A stretch of 64,000 nt of DNA from Daphnia carinata. Taxonomy: Eukaryota. Below are positions 29,486 to 41,500 of this stretch, piece by piece. The notes beneath the pieces were generated by a model. It did no database searches. It worked only from the letters and a program-made list of their open reading frames with translations, and had not been told where the DNA came from. The stretch is from the NCBI RefSeq assembly GCF_022539665.2, contig NC_081331.1, forward strand, positions 1,364,001 to 1,428,000. The letters run 5' to 3'. The position numbers were made by a program, and so were the translations under genes. The stretch's first letter is position 1; every line of letters starts with the position of its first letter.

Positions 29486-29491
29486 CTGAGC

Positions 29492-29533
29492 ATGTTTTTT
29501 ACTGTTGTGTACTTGGTGCTTTCAATTTTGTGA
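29492..29533 (+). promoter_or_regulatory. uORF MFFTVVYLVLSIL* whose TGA overlaps the receptor ATG (TGATG)
   Basis: ATG at 29492 and TGA at 29531-29533; the A at 29533 is the first base of the main start codon. Function is untested. Confidence 0.55.
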
Positions 29534-29584
29534 TGACGATGGAAGCCTCTATCGTCGTCATCCTCTTACTAGCTACCATTCACG
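29533..29584 (+). CDS. nAChRalpha6: nAChR coding exon 1, signal peptide [17 protein letters not shown](G)
   Basis: ATG has an in-frame upstream stop at 29476-29478. A hydrophobic core ends at the strong phase-1 donor CACG|GTGAGT, which joins exon 2 to give ...[18 protein letters not shown] second in-frame ATG at 29539 has a better Kozak context (ACGATGG). Confidence 0.8.
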
Positions 29585-32500
29585 GTGAGTTCTACTTCGG
29601 CCAAGTTTTTTCTTGCAAAAGTTGACCGTTTTTTTTTTGTTGGCTGCAAACGTTTCAACCGGCCAATAGAGTTTCTCCGGTCCGAACTCTACACCAGCGA
29701 AAGGCTCTCGGGTAGATCATTAAAACGTACATATACAGTATACCCTCGCAAACGGACTCAGCTGACTCTTTAGAACAGTAGTTACACTAGTCTAATCTGG
29801 CCTTGCTCGATAACTCTGTTGCCTAGCCTGTAGGCATCAATGTTTCAATAGTGTCTCTTAAGCGGTTTTGAGCTCGAATGCGACCCTTTTCAGGCTCCTC
29901 TTCCGCGCTACTTGAAGCCTTGCTCTTCTTCTTTTCAGATTCTACTAGTCCTCGCCTTTCCTTTGAGCTTCTTTTTTTTTCTTCTTTTTCTTCCGTTTGT
30001 GTGTTTACGTGTGGATTGTTTGCTCAAAACTTGATGCACTCTTGTCAATAGCTTGGCTAAAGTTCGTGAATGTTATCTGTGTAAGCGAATTGAAAAGCTG
30101 AATAGGTTTTGGAGCTTCTCAAGCAATGCGAGATCTACGCGAAGAACTCATGGTGAAAAAAGATGATTTTCTCAGACTATTGTCGATGAAATCAAATCAA
30201 AAATCTTTTTTGGCACGCCCGTAACTGATTTCCGTCATTGAGGAGTCCATTTCCCTATAGACGTAACATCTAATATGAGCCTCTCAAATGTTCAGTAAGT
30301 GATCTGTTTCATGTTTTTCTTTTCGCTGGGTCTGTTGGGTACTCAGGAATCCTTGAGTATTCGTTTGATGTGTAATAATGACTACTGACGGGGCTGAATA
30401 ATAGAAAGTTTTTATCGTTACCTCACGACTCGTCCAGCATAAGAACTGACGTGATGGTTGGCAAAAGATTGAAGCTATTTGTGAGCTGGCAAGATGAAGT
30501 GTGTCATTGAAGACTTACGTTGTATTAGCTACATGCGAGTCACTTAATTTTTTTTTTAGAATTCATGTCACTTTGACGGTTGGCACCTTGAATTATAACG
30601 GATTGTTACAGGGACGTGACGTGGTAATTGAGTTCTGTACACTGTGTTGCATATCACATTTTCTTGGGCGTGCACGCAGGCAAAATGCTCCTTTGTCAAT
30701 ATTTCACAAAAAGATACATCGAAAAAGGCTTAGGTCGTACACACACAGACACACACACACGTTTTGCGACTGCTCAAACAGATCCCCATATACTGTCGCA
30801 TTCATTGACAAAGGAAACACCCACTACCTTAAATGAAAATCTGACAGGTGATCCCTTAAAAGGCCACGAAAGTTACTTCAAACAGAGTTTTCCTGATCAA
30901 ACAATGGGCACTAGGTATTGATTTCGACAACAGCATGACTTTAAACTTGAGGTTGAATAAATTTAGGTGAGCTATTAGGCATTTGAAAATGGAAAATTGC
31001 TTATTGATGTGATAATAAGGAGCGCTGGTGTTGACTGAATGACATTCAGATCGTTTTTTTTAGTCTTTTTTTCCGCGGCTGTACGTTCTCTTGGTTGTTT
31101 GTTCCATTGCTTTGTATTGCATCTACCAAAAAGAGGAAAAACGGTAGTCGTGGGAGGGCAAAAAAAAACAAACATTCCAAACGCGGAAATCTGCTATTGA
31201 GAAAAATAAAAAATATAGGAAAAATCTGACAAGGAAAGTCCTGGTGACAATATGCAAATAAACTCAAAGGATCAGAAGCTCAATGATAAAAAAAAAGAGG
31301 GTAAGAGGAGATGGAGACAAGAGCGCGGCAGGAAAGGCCAAAGGGCCTATCGCATGACTGCCATCGCTCCCGATGTAGTCACGCTACGTCGCAGCCGGAT
31401 GGCTTTTCTTCGACGTCGCCGCTTCATACATTCAAATAGTCCGTTTACTCTCAGTGGTGGACGCAAACCACCCACGTCAAACAGCTGAATGGCCTCAGCA
31501 AAGCGGGGAAAGAGTCCAGTCGGCAAACTCTTCAACCCTTTCCCGAAAATGAGGCAATATCCTTAGTACTCTTTTTGCACATACTCAAATAGGCTATTCA
31601 TTTCCAAGTAGAGACGCCCTGCTGATAACCTCGCTTTACGCTCTTTGAAATCTATTCCTGCAGCAACCAACCCGCTTACCAGTTTCCTTGTAATAGTCCA
31701 TACAAGGTTGCATGAGAATTGATTGCAGCGTTCTTTCGTGTAGCTGCTTCAACATGCTTGCTGCATCTGATATACGTATAATATATATAGATATACTGTA
31801 ATCCGAACCTTCCACTTTGGCTATCGGTTTCAGACATAGCGGAACGATGATTTATAGTGCCACAAGTCAAGAACACTGCTGGGCTTTTTCGGAGGGATTT
31901 ACGGCGTAATGATTAAGCTGCTTGATTAACGATCCCCATCTTGTCTGATATCTTTGATAATCTCCAGCCACATTCTTCTACCGTTAAGTGTTGGTGAAAA
32001 ATTTGAGACGTTAAACAAAGAAGCACAATTATCAATTTCTTTCAAAGTGGCTGAATTGGGACTTGAAGTGAGTGATAGTTTCAGCATTGGAATGGTGCCA
32101 TTCCGAGCTCTAATTGGATGGGAGCGGGCTAGTTTAGACAATAGCAAATCGATAATCAGTCACCGGTTACATTACACGCTGATTACCTCTGCTAGTGTTT
32201 CCCTTTCTTGGCTACAAGAACCCTCAAGATTGACTGCTGTAATTTATGATTTCGACATAATTGTAACATTAAAAGTCAAAAAGATTATGTAGTACATAAT
32301 GTTAGATAACCAGTTTCCTTTTGTAAATACGACTGCCTTCATAGACTCATTGTGCCTAGTGGAATGCTGATGGTCAATCAGCAATAACATGCTATCAGCT
32401 TTATTGCGAAAGACATGCATCCATATTATACGCGGAATGTGCTATAGCACAGACTCACGCAATACTCTTGCGGTAATGATATTGCTGCGAATAAAAATTT

Positions 32501-35500
32501 CAATGCTCTTCGACTAACGTATAGCTTAACATGGCATGCACGCTTAAAAGAACAGCTCTCGGCAAAATAACAATGCGCAAAAGCCTTTATCCATGTTTCA
32601 CGGGCTGTACAGACTCAAACTTTTTACGATCTCATCATTTCGAATTTTCTTTTATGTGTTTTAATTCATTCGCAACGAAATCTTACCGTGCGGCAACAAG
32701 AGTACCAATGTTGAAAGAGGAAATTTCAAAACAACGTATTCCATTTCCCGTTGGCTGTTTTACTGAAAAGCCACAGTTCATGCAGGCATTAAAGCTAGAA
32801 AATATTCGAGGCAGGTGTCCCCCCAACGTATTTTAGGCTGGGTTATTTCGGTTGGCTTTTATTCGTCATCAAACCGCCAGACGCTTATTTTATTCTATTG
32901 CTGAGTCGCAGCAGACAATGCCGTTAAATTAAAAATAAAATAACAAAAAATAAATCGTTGAAGCATTAATGAGTTATGACGGTAGTTGATGTCCTCTCGA
33001 TGGTCAATGAAAGGGAATACATAGAAAAAGTCCAGAGGACGCGTCTTCTGAACGGCGCCATGCATTCCGGAGAACGCAGTTCTCATTAGTTCGCCCTAAT
33101 TGACTTCCTCTTCAGAGACTGATGATACCTTCATTAGTCAAATAAACAAAAGAGGATTTTCGTGGGTTATAAGATAGACTCAAGATGAAACTTTGGATAT
33201 TGAAGTGCTTGACTCCACCCACTCACTCCAATCAGAAGTGGTCGGAATCGGGGCCCGATATTTCAACTACCGTGCACACTTCGTTAGGCGATCTTGTCAG
33301 AGACGAACTGAGACGGTTTTCTAAACTTTGTGGGCACGCAAAGTTCAGCTAAGGAGAAACTGACGAAAAAGTTTTAGAAAAAGAATTAGTTTGTTCCAGA
33401 TCTTCGTTTTTTTTTTGTTTCTTCACGCCAATCGAACGAAATGAAAATGGAAAGATCCATGTCAAGTGAAGCATGAAACACGAAATTCGCATGAGCTTTT
33501 GCAGGGTTATAATAATAGAATTTTTCCCTAAAGAAAAGAATGCTTGATATCATCCGAAAGGTTTACGTATAGCTCGGGTACATTCCCAAATTTGAAAAAA
33601 TCCACCAATAGGCCCCTCCTTTATCTCCTGCTTTCCTTAAGCGTAGGATACGTGCCCTCACGTAGCTATTCTGCTATTCTTCTCATCCCTTTTCACCAAT
33701 AATCTCAGCTTAAGAATTTCAAAGTTGAAATTGTAATAGGATTCAAACCTTTTCGAAAATTGTTGTTACACAAATCTGCGCATTTAATCCCGAATTTTCT
33801 TTAAATGGTATAATAGATTATTCATACAAAAAGGATGAACGATAATCGAGGACACGAAAGAAATAGCTTGCGTAGTCTCTAATGAAGGAGAAGCTCCTAC
33901 GCGTGGCCAATTGACGATAGAGGATCTATGTGGAGCTTAAAGAAGGAGCTTCACGTATATAAGCGGAATCGTCAATGTATGCAAGAGAAACGGATCAAAA
34001 GCCCTGGGTCGAATGCCACACACACACACTCTCTATGTATAGTAGGCTTTGGTTAGAGCTATCATTTGTCTTCTTCGCACCCCCCCCCCCCCCCCCCTGT
34101 GTGTACCGCCAAAGTATAGTGGCAAGCACACACTCCTGGAAGCGCCAATATGTTTAGACGGAGACTCAAACAAACCCTCTCCGTCTTCGTTATTTTTGTA
34201 ATCTTTGCTCAGCGAGGCACACAACAGTCGCATATCAGCCAGAATGCAGCTGTTTTCTTTATCTCCGCACGGCTACATGAAAAATCACATCATTGTGATG
34301 TTCGCTATTCTCCCCATAGAATAAACTTTTCAACATCAGTTCCCCGGACGGATGGTCGCGTGCCTTTGAACGCTGTATCCCGTGCCTCCCTTAAAAATTT
34401 TGCCCATCCTCTGTGCCACATGGTTGTGTCTCTACTTCACAAAACGTGACGAGCTTGCTGCAATAACTCATGCATTGAAAAAGTTGTATCATCATATAGT
34501 TGAAAAGGTAAAGAGAACGCTTTTTATCACGTAAAATGTCGACAGAATGACCGGCACTGTCCAGCCCTTGACACACATTTTTCTAAGCTGTCACCCATGA
34601 CATTTCGTCTTTGACTCGCGCACGTGTACTTCCATTTTCATTGTTCGAACACAAGCATTTTGTCACGAGCATCCAACTAAAACTCTTGATTTTTTGTTGC
34701 GTTTTTGCTGTAGCTTTTTGACTAGTTTTCTTTCAGTGTGTTACATCAAAGAGCATCATACTGAGTTACAAGTGAAGAAAAGAAAAAAAAAATACATGTC
34801 TCTTTACTTTGTTGTTGTGAAGAATGTATTTAAAAAGCCGTTGGCAACAAAGCTAAAATTTGATTTACAATGGAGTGAAATTCGGGTATGGGGAATCTCG
34901 TGTTCTTCTTTTGCCCTGTTGAACTCGTTGCCCATCGTTTGCCCGTTGATTTTCCAGTAGATGGATCACGGCAGAACTATTTGAAATTAAATCTTGAGCT
35001 CACTTTATCTTTTTATTTTTCATCTTCCTTTTATTTAGATGAGATAAGCGATAGCCGTAATACATGCGTAACGACTTTTAAGCAGCAGTAATTGTCACAT
35101 ACTTTGGTACTACGAAACGCCTTCTTTTTTACCCTTCAACATGGAAAACTATTCTTCCAAACTGATTTGATTTTAATCTTTCCGGTGATGATTCTTTGAC
35201 ACCGAAATGTTTATTCCCTTTCTTCGGTACTGTGCTCAAGATTGTCAGGCAAGTAAAGTGCCCCAGACAGTTAGGCTATAGTAAAGTGTTCCGGACATCA
35301 TTACATTGTCAAAGTCAATATACACAAAAGATAAAGTATGAACGATTTACTTTGTGTTGCAGAGTCTATAGATACAATTCTCTCTATTTCATTTCATTTT
35401 ATTTTTTTGCGTTTTCAATTTTCCGGACAATTTGACGTATTGTGCGCTGGGTTAAAAGGACGTTAATTTAACGCCGCTCATTTTTCAATTGTAAGTGTTG

Positions 35501-38500
35501 AGCCAGTATGGCATTGACAAAAAAGAAAGGAAAAAAGGAAAGAAAGTGTCGGCTATGCATGAGCATGTATATATAACAGAGCTCGTGAAAATTCCATTTT
35601 ACATTAAGACGTTTGGAAAGCGACAGCTTCACTTTGTAAGGAACCACTTAGACGTCAAGAAAACTTTTACCAACGTTTGGAGCCTGCCTTACTGGACAAA
35701 TACATAGATAGGCGATCTGATGGGCGTCTGTGACAGTTCCCCACAATCCTTCCGGCCTTCTCCTCGTGACAATGTATCTCGCCTAGCACGGTTCACGTAT
35801 ATGAAATGCTGGGATATAACTTATGGTAGCGCCACGTTTTTTCGTGGAGAGGGCTACAGACTATTGCGAGAGACCCGTCATCCACATTTTCACTTGACTC
35901 GACATTTATCCGAGAAAATGAATGCTGAACAGCGAAGACTGCTTTTATGTGCGACGTTCAGGTCTTTACCCTTATATCAGACTGCATGAATTATTCAGTC
36001 TTTCTAATTTCGTACCGTGACAACATAATGCTTCCGGTGCCCCAGGGTCTTCCGTTGCATTTTTCCCGACACACAACACTGCGCGCATCTCTTTCCACTT
36101 TTTTTTTTCCTTTACTCTTCATCCAAATGTCTTACGCCCATTTTCTTTCACTTTCATTTCTCTTCAGGGAAAAAATCTTTCAACGTGTTGAATAAAGTAA
36201 ACATTCGGAGAAAGAAAAATGTTTCACTCGGAGCAAAAAGAAAGACATGTTTATACAGACAGCTCGAATGCACAGGGTGAAAAGGAGTGCAATATATTCC
36301 TTTTTCTTTTTTGTATAGATCTTCTTTTTATCCAATGAATCACGTTTCACAATAGTTCTAAATAAGATGGGTATTCTTTCCCGTCATGGAGCATTTTCCA
36401 CATGTCCCATCTTTGCTTCACAGTCTTTTTTTCCGGAATCGAAACGCTACAATTGCCACGCAGCCGACACTAAGCATTGGCAAGTATCGAAAGTTCAACG
36501 AGATTCAAAGCGAATCCAAGGAAGAAGAAGAAGAAAATCTACACATTGTATATATATGTACACATAAAGACGTTCAATGAAAATGCTTCCATTTTCAAAC
36601 AGTCACGTATGCGATAGAAAGTCTTTCGAAAAAGAGAGAGCGCTGCACTTTCATTGTAATACCATCTACTGCGCTCGCCTCCATGAAACGACATTGACTC
36701 TCACAAAAGAGGAAAGCCCGCAAATGTTAAAAAACGGAACAAATGAAGAGGAAGAGTACTAGATTGCGCTCGTTATCAACGACGATTCAAAGGGCTCTTG
36801 ATTCGGGTTCGTTATTTCAATGAACGTAAAGTGTTGTCACACATTGTGTCATTGAAGCACAGCTGGTTATACTGTAGTTCCACCTTTCATATATTTGTTT
36901 TCAACAGACAGGACCGGTAAGACGTTACATCACACACGATTTATTTGAGCTTAAAAATGTTTTATTTTGATCTCGTCTCCGTTCTTCTAACCAAAGCTAT
37001 TACGTCATATCGCATCTATCCTTTTTCTGTCTTCAGAAAAACTCGGCCGATTTACCCTGCTACTGGTACTGCCTGTTATACTAATTTTAACTTGGAATGA
37101 CATGTTGATGAAGTCGTCATCATTGCAGACAAGTCAAAAGCAGCCTTTACTTCACGTCATCGTGCGCGAGACAAGTCATGAACGGCGCAACATCAAAAAC
37201 TTTAAGATGCGCATCTTAATGAAGGGTCCCGTCTTGGTAGGCGATGACATTTACAACTCGAGACACTTGACTCGCGAGAGAATTATTAATCATTTACGAT
37301 GGAGCGTGATAATGTCTCAATGCTGTACAAGGGTTCTATAGCCTCAGGATGTCGCGAATAATTAATGGCTCGGAGAATAGCAGCTACTCATTATCATTCT
37401 CAGCGTATCTTAGATTTGAAAATAAACAAACAAGTCAAACGGTAGACCGTTGAAAGTCTCTACAGCACTAGGATATCTTGCAAATAGACAGTCATCTTTA
37501 TGGCTTTTCATTTTTAACTTGTGCGGCCAAAAGTGCGTGGTGATGAAATATGGTTTACAAATATCGAAGTATAGTATCTCCCATTGCTTTTGCTTTTTTC
37601 TTCCTACCCATAATTTATTCACAACGCTGTCAACTAGAAAAGGCGAGGCGTGAGAAGTTCCAAGTGCAACTGCAACTTTTACAACCAGACTAACTTTTCC
37701 CAAGAAATTAAATTTTTGCCCGCGTAGGTTCAAAGGTACTTTATGTTTGCATAATAATTCTGTCTCTGCAAACCGAAAGCTCGTAAAAGAATTTTTTTTA
37801 AATATATACAGACATATTAGTAAACTAACACCCCTAAATTTTGGTGAACCCAATTGTACCTCAACGTCTTTGATCTCGTTGACAATGAGGAATACGCAAA
37901 CACATTTATTTTCCAAACGCGTATTGTAATGATGGGCAAAGAAAATTATTCCCGCAGCATATAACTCGCGTCTACAAAGTTGGGCCCTTCCACAGCTAGA
38001 GCCTGATGTACTAGATCGTTTGAAAAAAATACGTTGAAAGAAAATTTGTTAGTTGTTCTGCCGAACCAAGTTGTCCCTGCGGGGGCATGAAAAGGTCTTG
38101 AACCTTTTCTTATTTCAAACACAACTCTTTGATCTTCTTTGTCGTTTCATTCGCGAAAGAAACTCGTAAGGGCGAATCATCACGTTCTTAGCTATAATTT
38201 TATAAAAGTCCTTAGGAAGTTAGTGAATGCCAATAACAAACAGAACGGTATGCTAAACGGAGAAAACCTTTGACGAGCAGCTGATTGAAAAACCTAACAT
38301 CTAATAATAGTTCCCACTGCTATGGTAGCTGATTGTCAGCAATCCCGATAAATTTTGCAAGGCCCAAGAACTTTGATGTGAAACTTAGCGAGGCGGTTAG
38401 CCTGTTAGTCTTGTTTCTTTTCGTGTTTGGCGGTGAAAACAAAATAAATGGCTTTACGTAACCTGCCTGTATCTAAAGATCGGAATTAGAAGGAAAAAAG

Positions 38501-41500
38501 GTTTATATTTGTTTTCTTCTTCTATCTTTCGTCGATGTTATTTGTTCGTCGCATGCCATTCAATCGATCCAGACCAAGGTGGTTTCTCGGAAAAAGGGAA
38601 AGAAAAACGACAGAATGACAGTGACACATGCCAGAATGAATCCAATATGGAAGAATCTCTGTTCTGTGTCCATTGATTCGATTAATATCCGACCTAGAGC
38701 TGATGGCTACAGGCATTTTATTATTGCTTTGCTCAAAGCAATAAGGGAAAAGAAAAATTTTCCTGTCAGAGTGTCCTGCTTTCCGTCAGGTACGAACTTT
38801 TTCTTTCAACTGAGGCTACTCGTTTTCTCTTTCGTTGGCGGAAACATTTTTAATATCCCTCAGCATCACCGTGACTTTATTGAGCGCTTCCTTAACCTTT
38901 GCTAAGTTCGTTTTCGCCTGGGTGGCTCCCGAACGTGTCCGGCGTTCACGTTGATCTTAATTCCTGTGAAAGGATTTTGGCCTTGCATTTTTTAAGTAGA
39001 CGTTTAAAAGAACAAACAATATTTTTATCTCCTTCAAGTTTCCTGCTTTAGGAGAAACGGGCACAAACATCCGTGTATAAAAATGTAAACAATGCGACAC
39101 CACTTCAAACCTTTCTATCCAACGAAGCGTGAAACTTTCCATTTCGACACCTATTTTGAAAGTACACGTATTTTGAAAGTACACGGTACGCATTTTGAAT
39201 CACGCTTCTTATGTCTTGCACATTAGTTTTTCGAGGCTTTTTTTTCCATTTCTTTGTTCCTTTTTTTCGTATGTACAAAACAAAAAGAAGCTCAACTAAA
39301 GTGTGCTTAAAATTCATCGATTCACTTCGGTGACTGTCGCGCGGCAGCGGCAGTTTTTCTCTATGCTGCTGGAAACATGGCCGTTGAGAATGGAAATTCC
39401 CGAGTGGCCCGTTTTTTCCACCATCACCAAAACCCAGACGTGACATCGCACTGAACGCAGCGAAACCGAAGCGTTTCGATGCTGTTCACCGAGCACTGAA
39501 AAAGCAAAACACGAAAGAAAAAAAAAAAGTTTGGCTGTGGTAACAGAACTTTTCCCTTGGTATTATTCAAAACTGAGAAAAGTGCTTCGTAACTCTTCCG
39601 CAACCTTAAAGGGCAATTGAAACTAATCACGTGATCGTGATCTGTCACACCGTTAGAATAACTCTTATTGTTTCTCCATGTTCTCAATTTCATGAGCACT
39701 TGTATATACACGCATCAAAATGGCTGTTAGCGTAGAAAAAAGTAAGACATTCAATTCTAATTAAACGAATAGAATAAGTTACGAAAATTCTTGATAAGAA
39801 CATACAACGGCAGCTTCTGTCAACAACCAGAGACGGCAAAAAAAGTTTTCTATGTATACTGAAAGTTATTATGTTTGTCAATAGTTTGTTTAAAACTACA
39901 TATCTGCTTATATGCTTCGGTAAAGTTGGAACCTATTTGGGAAAAACTCGTAACTAGCTTTTTTTTAACTGACACCTTCATTAAACGCGTAACTATACCT
40001 GTGCGCAGTTACCGTGGCGAATCGTAATACGATATCTTTGATAATTGCGTACACGAAGCGTAACCATAAGAGCGAAAAAATTGTATAAACCAATCATTTG
40101 TTCCTAGGGTAAATCCATCAGTAACAATTCCTTTACAACTACCACACCTTGAAATCACAGAGAGGTAAACGTAGATGTCAGATGTTGATATGGCAAACAT
40201 GTATTTTTATTTTTTTTTTGAGAGTGCAACGCGTATCAGAAACCCTCTGATATACAGCAAATATGTATCTCAGACTAATGTTTATTTCTAGCATCTCCAG
40301 TTCCCGTTTTCTTTCTTCCTCTTCCCGGATTCTTGGGTGTGTCTTCGTGGGTCAGCGGATCACGTCACGTAGTAGCCTATAGTCATGTCAATCAAAGATG
40401 GCCAGTAACAAACAATTACATTTGTTATCGGATACTTAGGTTGTACCTTAGTTCGAATGAATTCAATCTCTGGCGCTTTACGATTTTATGGGGCTGAAAG
40501 GGTTGGCAAGCAAAAGGTTTTTTCAAAAATAGCACGAAAAGATTTTTGAGTGCTTCACATGATAGGGTAGACATCTAGGCCCAAATGTGCCTTGGTATCG
40601 GATGACGTTTTGAAATCGATGGAGTGAGGGGCATGCGTAATAGTTTCGCTTTACGCAGCACCCAGGTGCAGTTCAAATGCAGTACGTACTTTCAGTGACA
40701 CATTAGTCTTTAACACGGTGCTGCCTTGCACTGGGTCACCAGTTTTACTTTACTGGAACACTTTGCAACTTAGGACGTAATTGCACGACGAAGGGAAAGA
40801 TTCTGTATGAATGTATAACTGCGGCAGAAGCAATCATATTAGAAGAATATGAGAGAGAATTACGGCAGCAGTAAAAAAACGCACATGCGTTTTTGATTAC
40901 TTGGGAATGCAACAAAATTATTTGAAGCTTTTATCTATCGAATTCACTTTTCATGGATGGAGGCAACACTTAATTTTGTTATCAAATTCACTCGCATCGG
41001 TTTTCATTTTACAACGACGCATCGAAACATCCGTGTTATCAATTCAGGTCGGCCTACGCAACTGCTTTATTACAGGCTTTTTCTTTCCAAAATTCCTAGA
41101 GTTGGACGGAAATGAGACGTCGGACGCGATTTTTAAATGTTTCATAACCAACCGTGAATTCTTCCTTTTTGAATGTTTTCTTGGGTATCAATAAGTAGCT
41201 ATCCTAAATTACTTTTGTTGTTGGGACCAGCAAATCGAAACTATTCGTTTATCTCTACCGGAAATTAGTTCTGGAGGGAGATGGAATGGCGTTTGTGTAT
41301 TATAGGCCGTTACTGTGCTGCTGTTGAGCTGCCGAACTCATCGGTGACGACTATGGTTAAATTGCCTCTAATGGGAAAATTCTTCGTTTTCCATTGCTCT
41401 CCGTAATTGCACCTTTGTCACACTTTCTGAGATATAATTCCATTTTTTTTTCAAAGAAAATATTCGTCTCTTATTTGGGTGGGGTGTCAAGTTGACACTG

